From positions 168,888,001-168,952,000 of the forward strand of contig OX597815.1 in the NCBI GenBank assembly GCA_951406725.2: a stretch of DNA of 64,000 bases. Direction: 5' to 3'. Every line of letters begins with the position of its first letter. Position 1 is the stretch's first letter. The stretch comes from Octopus vulgaris (Eukaryota). This document shows positions 1 through 14,700 of this stretch, in pieces. The notes beneath the pieces were generated by a model. That model saw nothing but the letters and a program-made list of their open reading frames with translations, was not told where the DNA came from and did no database searches. Position numbers and translations under genes: made by a program.

Positions 1-850
1 ATAAGCAGGGGACATAACTCATTTTGACATTTTGTTGAAATATGAATTCATCTGAGAATATATTAATAAAATTAAATTTTATTTTCTCATAGTGTGCATG
101 CAGGGTATGCACTGCCCCTCCAATGCCTTTTTTTTCCATTATCATTTTTTTTCAGTTTTCACAGAACTTGTTTTGAATATCTTTTTCTTTAACTTGTTTC
201 AGTCAATGGAGAGTAACCATGCTGGAGCACCACTTTGAAGGATATTGCTTAGTCAAATGGATGGATCAACCCTGGTACTTATTTTATTCATGTTTTAAAT
301 CCATCAGTCTCTTTTTGCCAAACCACTAAGTTATAGGAATGTAAACAAACTTACACCGGTTCTCAACCAGGTTTTTTGTGGAGAGATGGTAGATAAACAT
401 AAAGGCATACACAATCACACACACATTTATGTGGGCTTCCATAGGTTCTGTCAACAAAATTCGCTCATAAGACATTGAGCAGCCTGAGAGTATAGTAGGA
501 AACAATTGCCTAAGATGCAGCAGAGTGGGACTGAACCCAAAACCACACAGTTACAAAGCAAGCATCTTAACCACACAGCTATATAGACTAAACCCACTTT
601 ATTTGCTTGCTTTCTCACCATTTAAACTTCCCATCAAATTTCTACATCTCATCACAAATCATTCTCCTGTCCTCATATAATTTGTTTACCATTTCCTTTG
701 GCATTTACTTTCTTGACCTTCAACTTTTTTTTTTATCATTTTCTAATATGCTTTTCTGCTTCTATAAATCCCAAAATAATTGACATAAATTTTCTTTTTA
801 AAATACAAGTAAACTAAAAGCAAAATAATAAAATTTAAAAGAATACTTAC

Positions 851-886
851 TGAGAAAATCGACAAACATATTCTTTATCATCTTTC
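851..886 (-). CDS. ANAPC4: ANAPC4 exon (last within window)
   Basis: KDDKEYVCRFS; CAG/GTAAGT, phase consistent; homology weak. Confidence 0.7.
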
Positions 887-3800
887 CTGTTAAATGCAAA
901 AAAATAATAAATAAGTAATCTTTCATATATTAACCATTTAGTATTCAGATTTCTGTGTCAAATGCAACATTTATTCTTTCTCGTTGTTTTGAATTAATCA
1001 TACATTATCTCACAGCTTTGAGATTTATTATTCATCATCATCATCATCATTTAACGTCCACTTTCCATGCTAGTATGGGTTAGACGATTTGACTGAAGAC
1101 TGGCGAACCAGATGGCTGCACCAGGCTTCCAAGCTTGATCTGGCAGAGTTTCTACAGCTAGATGCCCTTCCTAACGCCAACCACTTCGAAAGTGTAGTAG
1201 GTGCTTTTACATGCCACCAGCATGAGGGCCAGTCAGGCGGCACTGGCAATGGCCACGAAAAAATTGCATTTTATTATTATTATTATTATTATTATGCTAG
1301 CATGGAGAACGGACGTTAAACGATGATGATGATGATGATTATTATTATGGCCAGGCTATAAAGCAGCAAGCTGGTAGAATCATTAGCATGCCATAGCAAA
1401 ATGCTTAGCAGCATTTTGTCAGTTTTCACATTCCAAGTTCAAATTCTGCCAAAGTCGACTTTGCCTTTCATCCTTTTGGGATTGATAAAATATGTACCAG
1501 TTGAATACTGGGATCGATATAATCAACTTACCCCGTCTCCAAAATTCCAGGCCTTGTGCCTATAGTAAAAAAGATTATTATGAACAGGTTACAACCCAGG
1601 CCAAATCTTTTTTTTTTTTGCCCTTTCAATAGCTTAATACTGACAGAGGGTTAGACGGTTTGACTGAAACTGGGAAGCCAGAGGGCTGCACCAGGTTCTA
1701 GTCTGATTTGGCATGGTTTCTATTGTTGGATGCCCTTCCTAACACCAACCACTCCAAGGGTGTAATGGGTACTTTTTACATGCCACCAGCATGGGTACCA
1801 TTTACATGACACCAGCAACAGCCACAACTACATTCACTTGGCTTGATGAGTCTTCTCAAGCACTGCGTATCATCAACTATAAAATCAATACCATTTTTTT
1901 TTTTTGACCAGGAGGATATAGTGAGGTTATAGAACCTTGCTTCGGTTGAGAGCTCCAACATTCAAAGATCAAGCTTCATTTTTTTTTTTTTAATACTGAG
2001 AATGTTTGGACCAGTTATTTTTATCACTTTTCTCTAATATGTATAGGTTGAACGAAGCAAATAATGGAATGAACTTTGCCTCAGAATACAACATGGTATT
2101 TAAAGCTTTGACTTGTGCTCAGATGTGACCTAATGGTCAGGGTGTTGGACTCATGATTGTAGTTCTGATTCCTGGACTAGGAAATTCAATGTGTTCTTGA
2201 GCAAAACACTTCATTCTATGTTGCTCCAGTCCACTCAGCTGGCAAAAAACAAGTATTCCTGCAATGTACCAGCATCTCTTCCAGGTGGGAAATACACCAG
2301 GAAACTGAGTCTACAAGTTGGGAAGGAAGAAGAGAATCAAGTACCAAAACCAGTGGCCACTACATTTGCATTTCTGCATAACCAAAATATTTAGATAGAA
2401 AGACAATAGCATTTGAAAAACTTACTTGTTATTTTTTGGCATTGAAAATAGTTTGATCAAACAGCTGGAATGACATTCTCTCCCAATAACATTCTAACAA
2501 AATAATAAAAATGAATTCAAAATTTTAAAATTATATAAAAAAAAAACAGTAACAACAATTCTATCTTATTAATTTACTTTTCAGCATTTTGATATGCTTT
2601 TATATTTTATAGTAAAATGAACTGTTTTATAAATTTAAATACATCACTGAAATGCTGAAACAAATTTCACTGCTGTATCTATCATAATCATGAAACTGAA
2701 ACAGCACTTATTTTCAGCTATGTGCTATGCCTCAAGATGTAATGCAATGTCAGTGTTTAAATAATGATTAATCAAGGAAAGAAAATTCTATACTGTATAT
2801 TAAAGTCATTCAGTCCATCAACTTAAACTAGTCTCATAGGAATGACGTGACACATAAAACTAGTTCAAGGGAGACAATATAATAAATGTTTAGAAGGCAA
2901 GTTTGGATTTACTTTTGTTTTTTGGTGTTTTACTTTTTAACATACCAAATATGATAACTCACTTAAAAAAGAAATTATAAACTATAAATTATTGCAAGCA
3001 ATGGAAATAAAGTCTAGCAGAAATTAGGAAAAATTTTACGTGTTACAAACTTAAAAGAAAAATATATCTAAAAATTTGATTAAAACCGTGCATGATAAAC
3101 TCTGATAAATGAATACATAACAGATTGAGGCAGCTAACCTTAAGATGTAAAGACTGGGGAATTACTGTGTGTGTCAATTATAAATACTAACAAACACATC
3201 CATATTTACTCAGAAGGGGTTGGCAACAAATGAGCTGAGCTGAAGCAAAACAAGTAGGTTATTGAGTTTTGTGAGCCTGAAACTTTTCCCCAAAATTTGT
3301 TTTAACTTCAAGTATTGAGCACTTAAAGGCTTTCAGATAACATTTTGAGTTGTGGTTTAATTTTTGCATTGCCACTGAAGAAATGGTACTGAGATATGCA
3401 GGGATATTTTTATAAGAGTGGGCCATGGGCAAATGTGAACAAATCAAAAGTGAGCAATTACAAAAAGAAGTTGCTGGTTCTTAATTTAAAAGTAATGATA
3501 AATGAAATTAAACAGAATATAGGTGTAGGAGTGGCTGTGTGGTAAGTAACATGGTTCCGAGTTCAGTCCCACTGGATGACACCTTGAGCAAGTGTCTTTT
3601 ACTATAGCCTCGGGCTGACCAAAGCCTTGAGAGTGGATTTGGTAGACGGAAACTGAAAGAAGCCCATCGTATATGTGTATATATGTGTATGTATGTGTGT
3701 GTGTGTGTATATGTTTGTATCTGTGTTTGTCCACCCCAACATCGCTTGACAACTGATGCTGGTGTGTTTATGTCCCCGAAACTTAGCAGTTCGGCAAAAG

Positions 3801-5723
3801 AGACCGATAGAATAAGTACTAGGCTTCCAAAGAATAAGTCCTGGGGTTGATTTGCTCGACTAAAGACGGTGCTCCAGCATGGCCACAGTCAAATAACTGA
3901 AACAAGTAAAATAGTAAAAGAGAATGAAAATGAAAACAAGTCTTTAGGCTTCAATAAAATGTCTCCATCTTTATTATGTTCTTATCATATTTCTTGAATT
4001 AATTTCAATACATAAGTTTTCAAATAGGTTTTGACTGTAAACTCACTAGAAAATATTCACTCAGTATTTTACTAATAAATCCCACAGCTTTGAAAAGTCA
4101 AATAAATTCACTTCTAAAGTCCACAGTCGAATCTTGAAAGGTTAGGAACAAAAAGGGGATAAATATATAAAATGAAGAGAAATTTTTTCCAACTCAGGGT
4201 CTAGTTTTGTGAATTACTTGATGACCTCACAAGTGCCCAATATTCTCTGTAAAGTGGTTGGCTTTGGAAATGGCATCCAGCCATAGAAACTATGCCAAAG
4301 CAGAAATTGGAACTTGATGCAGTCCTCTGGCTCACCAAACACCTAAACTCTCTGACCCATGCCAGCATAGAAAACAAACATTAAATGGTAACAAATGGTG
4401 ATGTAACAATATCACTTTTGTGGAGAAAATATCAGAAAAACCTATTCTAGATACATATTAATTTTGATGCAATATTTTCCATTTGAAAAATGCATGTAAT
4501 CTCTATATATATATAAAGCTGAAGTTGTCTGTGTATGGCAGGTTTGGTAGCCTTCAACTAACACTATCTCCTCCAAGACCCTGCAGCGCAAGTTGAGAGT
4601 ATGATAGAAGAAGGCTTGCTCTTCCTTCCGTAGAAGAAAAAATTTAAATCGGACCATGTTAACACCAAAAATTATTTACATCAAAAAGGTGCTTTTTTTC
4701 TATGAAAATCCCTATTTTTTATGATTTTTTGACTGCTGTGTTGCCATTTTTCGGTGTATTTCAACCAGAAAAATGTTCACTTAAAGAGTATAACAAGCTA
4801 CATAATGCAAAATTTTTACTTTTCAAAAATTCCAATTCTAAAGGGTCGAAACAAACCCAAGCAATGCCGGGCGATACTGCTAGTATTTATTATAAGTAAC
4901 ATTTTTGCTAAATGATTTACTAAAGTATCCATTAGCAGGACTAACCTTGATTAAATATAATAAACATACATAAATATAGAAAAATATCATGTATGTGTTA
5001 AATGGCAAGACACGAGTATATGAAACTATATCAGTTTCAATACATGCCATAAATTAAGATTCCATGCAACAGAGTAAATGAAAGAAATTTTAGGGGAATC
5101 ATTGAAAAATAATTCTGGAAACTTACAGTTGGTTTAGTGAGAGCCACTTCAATTTTTTCTTCTAGAATCTGTTGCACCTGCACCAATGAGTTATTTGGTT
5201 TCACTGAATACAGCAATGTACTATCTGCAATAAAAGAAAATGATTTACATTAGCTTGAAAAGGGACATTCCAAGAAGCCAAAAGCAATTCTGATCGGGTA
5301 AGCATAAAAAAGATAGAGATACTATGATGATGAATTAAACATTGATAAAGGGAGGTTCTATATAAATGTCACTGGAACACTTTATAATTACTATATTATG
5401 GGAATACATGTGCAATATAACCAAAGAGCTAAGAAGTTTTCCTTGCAACCACAAGGTCTCAAGTTCAATTGCAAGGTAAGGTATCTTGAGAAAATATCAT
5501 TTTCCATAGCCTCAAGTCAACCTAGAAGCCTATAACGTGGACTGTACTTGTAATTCAAAAGCCACAGATTTGTTACATACTGTGTTGAGCTGATTCTGAC
5601 TGAGGGGTACATTGCATGACACTGCATCCTTTAAGGCCCTCATGCTTCCCGAAATCCGTCGAAACTACACCTGATTATATATACACTTTAGATGAGTTGT
5701 AGTGCACCTGAGCACTGTACACA

Positions 5724-5756
<33 letters not shown>

Positions 5757-8700
5757 GAGAGTAGATGTGTCTGTGAAATGCTCATCCACTTCAAGAGCAG
5801 GTAATTCAGTTAATCAAACACATGAATCCTCATGCAAATCCACCATAATTTATGGCAAATTTCAAGAACATAATTTTTAAAGGTTCCAGTATCCTGATAG
5901 CTAGCAAATTATGCAAGTAGTTTATTCCATGCTTTGACAATTATGAACATGAAAAAAATATTTCCAAAAGTCATGGACGCTGTGCTACCATTTGAGCTTT
6001 ATCGTTACCTGCATCGCCTTACTGGCACTTGTGCTGGTGGCACGTGAACAAAACATTCGAGCAAGGTCACTGCCAGTGCCACTGGACTGACTCCTGTGCA
6101 GGTGGCACATAAAAAGCACCATTTGAGCGTGGTCGTTGCCAGTACTGCCTGACTGGCCCTCGTTGAACCTGAGACCATGTGGTTGGGAAGCAAATTTCTT
6201 AACCACACAAATGACTGCTTTTATATTCCAATAACAAACCATAACAATAATAATTTTTGGACCAGAAATTTAATTGTTATTTTTTAAAATAAATCTATTT
6301 GGAAAGAAAATCATAGCAGGTAATGACTTCCACCTCATTAAAAGTCTATCACTGACATATTTGCTAAGGGAAATATGGTAGTGATATACTTTTAAAAATA
6401 CATTAAATTAAAAGTACATTATATAAAAAGACAGCAAACTCTACACTTACTAGCAAGAACTGGATGACTTTGAGAGAATTTTACCCAGGGGTTCTTGGAA
6501 TTATCAGGTGGGAATTGCAAATCTTCTTTCCGCAAGTACTATAGAAAAAATATACATTTATATTTTGAAACAGAACACTAAATATATGTAGATAGTAGAG
6601 TAGTATAGTTTTTTATGAAGCCTTGTCTGATATGTCTTTTAAATAGCTTTTTTTTAAACCAAAACAATGCAATTTATAAACAATTAATAACGCAGGTTGA
6701 TGGTTAATACTATTTCATGTATTTCAATATTTCAGGGTTAGGACGCCCTTCTTCAAGAAATGTAAGGAGATCTGATGTTGATAGCCGATTCTTCTATTCT
6801 GGTGTGTGTGTGTGTGTGTGTGCACGTGCGTGCGTGTTTGGTGTGTGTGTGTTTGGTGTGGTGTGGTGTGTGTGTGTGTGTGCTCGCATGAAAGGTAATC
6901 CATTAGATAATAGCATACAGATTACAACGTAATCCATCAGACAATAGCATACAGAAAAATGTTAAAAACTCAACTATATTTCATGCGTTGGAAGTGACCA
7001 GCTGTCAGTTACGTAGCTGTGTGCTACAAGTTATGCCAAGAGAACTATGTTCTCATCATTACAAGAAGTTTCTAGTATTTCATTCAATATGCCTTATAGT
7101 CATCGGCATGGCTATGTAGTTAAGAAGCTTGCTCCTGACCATGTGATCTTGGGTTCAGTCCCACTCTATGGTACCTTGGACAAGTGTCTTCTATAGCCCC
7201 TATTTCTTTATTGCCCACAAGGGGATAAATGTAGAGGGGACAAACAAGGACAGACAAAGGGATTAAGTCGATTACATCGACCCCAGTGTGTAACTGGTAC
7301 TTAATTTATCGACCTCGAAAGGATGAAAGGTAAAGTCGACCTTGGCGGAATTTGAACTAAGAACGTAATGGCAGACGAAATACTGCTAAGTATTTCACCC
7401 GGTGTGCTAACGTTTGTGCCAGCTCACCACTGGCAGAAATGTATAGCCCAAGGCCAACCAAAGTCTTGCAGCAGATTTAGTATATAAAAACTGAAAACAA
7501 CCTTTCACATGTATTGGTTTATCCCATAAATAATGTGGTTTTTTATACTTCTATTATTTTTCAAAATTAAGATAAACAAAGATCTTCTTTAATCTAAAAT
7601 ATACTCTCTTTCATTTTCTACAATGCTTTTCCATCTATCTAGTAGACTTGCAAGGCCCCTCTTCAAAAATTCACTTGTTGATGATGAAAAATACTCCTCC
7701 AGTACTGTTCTGGCCTTGTATACAGAATTCGTATTTTTTCCGTCCAAATGATTTTGAAGACTGCAGAATATATGATAATCGGATGGAGCAATGTCCAGTG
7801 AATATGGTGGGTGGGGTAACGTTTCTCATTCAAACTGCTCCAGCTTTCGGAATATCATCCTCGCTATATGTGGCCGAGCAGTATCCTGATGGAAGGACAC
7901 CTTTTGTCTTGATACCAAAAATGGTTGTTTTTCTTAAGCCACTCACATTTGATCGCCTTTGTTATCATCTGGTTTGGGTTTAAAAGTTCAAAGTGGACTA
8001 CACCTTTCATATCTCACTAAACAGATAACAATACTTTATGTGAGCAAAGACTTTCTTTAGCCTGGGGTACTGGTGTTTCTCCTTTACCTACCCACTGTCT
8101 TCAGCACTTGACATTTTTATAGAGAACCCAGTTCTCATCACCAGTCACTATTCAGTCCAAAAAAGGTTCATTCATGAGACGTGACAGCAAAGAAAAGCAC
8201 ACATTCACTCTCTGCATGCGATTGGCCTCAGAAAGTTTGTGAGGAACCCATCGACCCAATTTGCTGACTTTTCCAATGGCACACAGGTGTTGATGAACGG
8301 TTGAATGACCAAATCCAAGCTTCTCTCCTAGTTCCTCAACAGTTACAATGGGATTTTGTTCCACCAGGGTGTGCAGGACATCCTTATCGAGGTCTACAGA
8401 TCTTCCAAGACGAGGCTCATCTTCTAGGCTGTAGTTTCCAGCTTGGAATTTCTCAAATCACCATTGACACTGGCTTATGTTTATTGTCCAATCCCCATAT
8501 ACTGCATTAATATTTCTCGCACTTTGTGTTGCGTTGTTACCTTTATTGAACTCATGATACAAAATATGCCAAATATGCTCCTTTGTCACTTCCAATATAG
8601 CTTTGAAAAAATAACTGTTAAAATTGAACTGCACTCTTCAAAATTTGCACTAAGAATAAGCACAAGGTAAAATTACTACCCGCTTTATAGCAAGTTGATG

Positions 8701-11700
8701 CAAGTAGTTTATCCTGTCTGCTCCGACTTTTAGTTCATGCAATTGAAGAACCGCATTATTTATGGGATGACCCAATATATATATGTATGTAGTCAGTCCA
8801 CCTGTGCATACCTTCCTTCCTTCTTGTGACACTTGTGAAGACCTTTTGAGGCAAGTGAAAATCAAAACAAATCAAAATAGATGAACATCAATGGAATTTG
8901 TATCTTTGTGGTACCAGTGCCGGTGGCACACAAGAAAACTATCTGAACGTGGCCGTAGCCAGTACCGCATCGACTGGCCTCCATGCTGTGGGCAAGTAAC
9001 AAACACCATCCGATCGTGGCCGTTTCGCCAGCCTCATCTGGCACCTGTGTCAGTGGCACATAAAAACACCATCCGAAGACCCGGCAAGACTAGTCAGGCC
9101 ATAACCCGTGGCCCCTACCTGGGACATAGTCAGTCCACCTGTGCATACCTTCCTTCTTGTGACACTTGTGAAGACCTGTTGAGGCAAGTGAAAATCAATC
9201 AAAACAAATCAAAATAGATGAACATCAATGGAATTTGTATCTTTGAGGTACCAGTGCCGGTGGCACACAAGAAAACCATCCGAACGTGGCCGTAGCCAGT
9301 ACCGCATCGACTGACCTCCGTGCTGCGGGCACGTAACAAACACCATCCGATCGTGGCCGTTCGCCAGCCTCATCTGGCACCTGTGTCGGTGGCACTTAAA
9401 AACACCATCCGAGCGTGGCCGTCTGCCAGCCTCATCTGGCACCTGTGTCGGTGGCACATAAAAAACACCATCCGAGCGTGGCCGTTCGCCAGCCTCATCT
9501 GGCACCTGTGTCGGTGGCACATAAAATCACCCACTACACTCTCGGAGTGGTTGGCGTTAGGAAGGGCATCCAGCTGTAGAAACACTGCCAGATCTGACTG
9601 GCCTGGTGCAGCCTTCGGGCTCCCCAGACCCCAGTTGAACCGTCCAACCCATGCTAGCATGGAAAACGGACGCTAAATGAATGATGATGATGCTTTGTCT
9701 GTGAGTTTGTATGTTCCCTAGCCATCAAGCAATGGCTGCCTCAACAAATTCCATTTGACCCATGCAAGCATGGAAAAGTTGACATTAAATGACGATCATG
9801 AAGATACCATATCAGACTAACATGGTTAATTTTGCAACTATTACTTATAGATATGGTATTGTCATGTGTTTAAATAGCTCACTTATAACAGTTCAATTCA
9901 GACACAAAGTAGGAATTTAAAGGTGACTTACCTGGCCAACTTTCTCTAATTTAAATCCTGGCTTCTTACTGTCATCTTTATTCTTCAAAACATAAAAATA
10001 AATGGAATATATAAATTCAAGGGATCCAGTATGAATTAATATCACAAATGCAGGTATTATCAAACTGTTATTCCTATCTTCACCAATTTCTGCTGTTCAG
10101 ATGGGAACTAAACTCACCAAAAATGGAATATAAAGTTGGAAACCAACATAAACTTTATGATTTATGTAACAGTTCAATGAACTGGAAAACACCAAAATGG
10201 TAGAATTAGAATATGGTGTGAAAGCAAATCAGAAGCTTTATCTTTGATGGCAACAAGAAACTTACTTAGAGCAAAAGTAAACTCTATGAAGTATTTGTAA
10301 AAAGTAGATGCTGTATACCATATTTTCCAGCATACAAGTTGAATTTTTCAGACCAAAATAAATTGTCAAGGACCAAAAACTCCAAGTGAAATGTAACTGG
10401 ATTTAGAAAGATAGTTACAATGCTTGACTGCTTACACTACATGTTTACACTACATACTATGTCAACTTGTATGATGGAAAACATTGATAAGATTTGATAA
10501 AAAATATTGTACATAAGTAACTTATCTTATTGATTTTTAATAATCTTTCTCATAAGAATTTATAGCACACATATATTTAATGATGTGTCCTGAGTCTTTA
10601 TTTAGAAGTTTATTGATGTCTTTTGTGACAAGGGATATATTGAAGGCATATATCATAGGAATCTAACTTTTGTTTATATCATTGAACCTATGGTAAAATT
10701 GGTTTTGCTTTGGGTCATTTCACTTAAAGTTGCATTTCCCAAGAACCTCTCAACAAAATTAAGTGAAGACATTCAGTATCTCATTAAGGATTAAGTTTTG
10801 TGAATCTACAAAACAAAATTTTAAAAAACAAAATTTCTGATATAACATGAAATAATTTTTTCTACTATAAGGACAAGGCCTGAAATTGTTGAGGGGATTA
10901 CATTAACCCTAGTGTTCAACTGGTACTTATTTTATCAACCACAAAAGACAAAAGGCAACACTGCCCTTGGCAGAATTTGAACTCAGAATGTACAGACAGA
11001 CGAAATGGTGCTAAGCATTTTGTCCAGTGTGCTAACAATTCTGCCAGCTCACTGCCATGAAATAATCTTCTCAACTCTAGGCAAAAGGTCCAAAATTTGG
11101 GGGGAGGGGGCCTGTCGATTAGATCAACCCCAGTATGCAACAGGTACTTAATTTATCGACCCCAAAAGGATGAAAGGTAAAGTCGACCTCGGTGAAACTG
11201 CCATGAAATAATAACAACCTAATATGCTTACCAGAGATAACTGATCAAAATTATCACGAATAAACTCGGCAACAAAGTTGAAATCATGTTGAGTCATCTG
11301 CAATATTACAAATTTATAAAAAATACATTTTAAGAATACTTTAAACATAATTATTTAATAAATAAAATGATCTGTTACTATCATGGATTTTTATATTATA
11401 TACAATTAACTAAAGTCACTACAATTACTAGATAAAAGCTTTAAAAATATTTGAGCAGCATCCATACACACACAAGCATGTATCTGACTCATGCATTGTT
11501 CGCTTTCCAGACATTTGTACATTACTGCATATACTCTGACAAGTTGTGGTGCACCTGAGCACTGTATACAATAATTTCATTATTTATTTACTCTGTATAT
11601 CTTGCACAGTAGTGATGTTTATCATCATCATTTTAGCATCCATTTTCCCATGCTTGCACAGGATTTTATTGAGGCTGGACAGGATTTTTCTACAGCAAAA

Positions 11701-14700
11701 TTGTAAGTTCATTAGATAATCATTTATTCCTTTGTCGTCATTTTTCTCATTATCACTCTGTACTCAACTAATGTTTGTTCAGAAGCATATGTATATTGAG
11801 TTCTACACCAGGTTATTAGTATCACAATGCCTATATGAAATACAGTGGAGGCGCAATGGCCCAGCAGTTAGGGCAGCGGACTCGCGGTTGTAGGATTGCG
11901 GTTTCGATTCCTAGACCGGGCATTGTGAGTGTTTATTGAGCGAAAACACCTAAAGCTCCACGAGGCTCCGGCAGTGGGTGGTGGTGAATCCTGCAGTACT
12001 CTTTCACCACAACTTTCTCTCACTCTTTCTTCCTGTATTTCAAAGGGCCAGCCTTGTCACACTCTGTGTCACGCTGAATCTCCCCGAGAACTACGTTAAG
12101 GGTACACGTGTCTGTGGAGTGCTCAGCCACTTGCACATTAATAAATGAGCTACGACGTCACTGGTGCCAAGCTGTATCGGCCTTTGCCTTTCCCTTGGAT
12201 AACATTGGTGGCATGGAGAGAGGAGGCTGGTATGCGTGGGCAACTGCTGGTCTTCCATAAAACAACCTTGCCCAGACTTGTACCTCAGAGGGTAACTTTC
12301 TAGGTGCAATTCAATGGTCATTCATGACCGAAGGAGGTCACAAAAAAATATGAAATACATAACACACACACAAAACTGAACTGGACTGAATATGGCATGA
12401 AATTCTTTTATTATATCTTTAGTACAACAGACATTTATTTTCTTCATATCCAGGAATTCAACACCATTAAAATCATATGCTTATATGATAGGTAAAAGAC
12501 TAGATTAACATTTCAAAAAATAATTTTTCAATCCTTCAGAGGCGTAGGAGTAGCTGCGTGGTAAGAAGCTCGCTTCCCAAACACATGGTTCTTGATTCAA
12601 TCCTACTATGTGGCACCTTGGGCAAGTGTCTTCTACTATAGCCTCAGGCCGACCAAAGCCTTGTGAGTGGATTTGGTAGACAGAAACTGAAAGAAGCCTG
12701 TCATACATGTATATATGTATTTGTGTGTTTGTCCCACCCACCATCACTTGACACTGACATCGGTGTGTTTAGATGCCCGTAACTTAGTGGTTCGGCAAAA
12801 GAGACTGATAGAATAAGTAATAGGCTTACAAAGAATAAGTCCTAGAATCGATTTGTTCAACTAAAGGTGACTGAAACAAGTAAAAGAATAAAAGAAATAA
12901 ATGTGAGATTGCTGACCTTACTGAGTTCTTGAGTTGGAGGTAATTCACCAGCCAAACGTAACATAACTAAAAATATTAAAGAATATAAAAAATATATAGT
13001 TTTCTAACAGTCATGGTGTTTAAAAAGATTTTTAAAAAACTACTTTGACAAGTTATAAAGTAAATATGAAAATCAGTTCTTTAAATTGTAGCTTATATAT
13101 GAACTGTACAAAGTGTATTAAAAAATGAACAAACCATCTAAAAGAAATGAGAAAAATTGAGCTAAACATTCAAATATTACATCTACGTTTTTATTTTGCA
13201 AAATTACTGATGTGAAATCATGTGTTGAAACAGATATTGTTATATTACAGAATGGTCATTTATTTATTTATTTTATTTATTTATTTTGCCAAATAAACAG
13301 ACACACTATATATTCATTCTTCACTTCAGATATATTATTGTCCTTATTTTATGTCCTTTGTCAGGAAATGTTTCATCACCTCTAGCAACTCTCCATCCAA
13401 TGCATCTCCACCTGTTCTGTTTAGTCAATTCAAATATTTTTTTTTAAATAGCCAATTAATACACACTGTCAGTAGGCCAGTTACTGCAATATTTGTCCTG
13501 AGGCGCCGAACTGGCAGAATCGTCAGCATGCCGGGCGAAATGCTTAGCAGTATTTCGTCTGCCGCTATGTTCTGAGTTCAAATTCTGCCGAGGTCGACTT
13601 TGCCTTTCATCCTTTCGGAGTCGATTAAATAAGTACCAGTTACATACTGTGGTCGATATAATCGACTTAATCCATTTGTCTGTCCTTGTTTGTCCTCTCT
13701 GTGTTTAGCCCCTTGTGGGTAGTAAAGAAATAGGTATTTCATCTGTCTTTACGTTCTGAGTTCAAATTTCACCAAGGTCGACTTTGCCTTTCATCCTTTC
13801 GGGGTCAATTAAATAAGCACCGGTTACGCACTGGGATCGGTGAAATCAACTCAATCCCTTTGTCTGTCCCCTCTATGTTTAGCCCCTTATAGGCAATAAA
13901 GAAATAAATACTTGTCCTGGGAGAACATTTCTTAGGATATGCTATGTTAAAAGAACAATATCAGAGGGAGACAAAAATTCATGCCACCACTGGTCAGCAT
14001 GGACACCAGCTGCACTTAGGCCTCTTTAGGTGTTCTCACTGGTGATGAAAGGATTAACTTTCTAACCTGAGTAAAAGCAAGTTTGCTTAAATGTTTTTTT
14101 TTTCCTCAACCCTGTTTTCTTGTTTATTAATTCACTAGCAGCTAAGCCCGGTTTCACCCGGTCTGTTTGGATGATGTGGCTGTGATCGCTTTCAGTTAGG
14201 CATAATCTATAACAGCGTTTGTCAACCTTATCATTTTGGGTCCCCTGTTTCGATTGGAGCCTCCAGCTATATGAAAATTTCCTGACCCCACCCCGTAAGA
14301 AAACAACTTCTAAGCAACTGGTGGCTTTAATGGCAGAAGAAAAAGGGAAATTCCATTAGAAAACGTTTAAATTGATTTTCTCGGTAAGTATGGGGGCTGG
14401 GAAAAAAATACAAACTGCATTCCAATCTATGCACCTGTCTCCACATGTGTGCCATTTTTCACGCGAATCCACTCAGCCGTTTGGCTGTGAACCTCAAGAC
14501 AAGAAAGAATACAACGATCATCCATGTCCAATTTATATTATAGATTAAGCGGTTTTCCTTCTGCTTCATTGTATACAGAATTGAGAACATATATAGAAAA
14601 TCAAAACACTTATTCCAAAAATAGATAAGAGTTGAATTAACACTCTGAACTTACCAACATACAACCATCGGAAAAAGGCTTTTAAACTTTTAATACTTCG

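Noticed and set aside
8790-9692. CRISPR-like array
   Set aside because: Eukaryotic intron, no cas genes; units are internal tandem repeats of a dispersed retroelement with mutually related variable parts.
11847-11925. tRNA-Arg gene
   Set aside because: The acceptor stem does not pair and the sequence runs into a repeat body; it is a SINE head.
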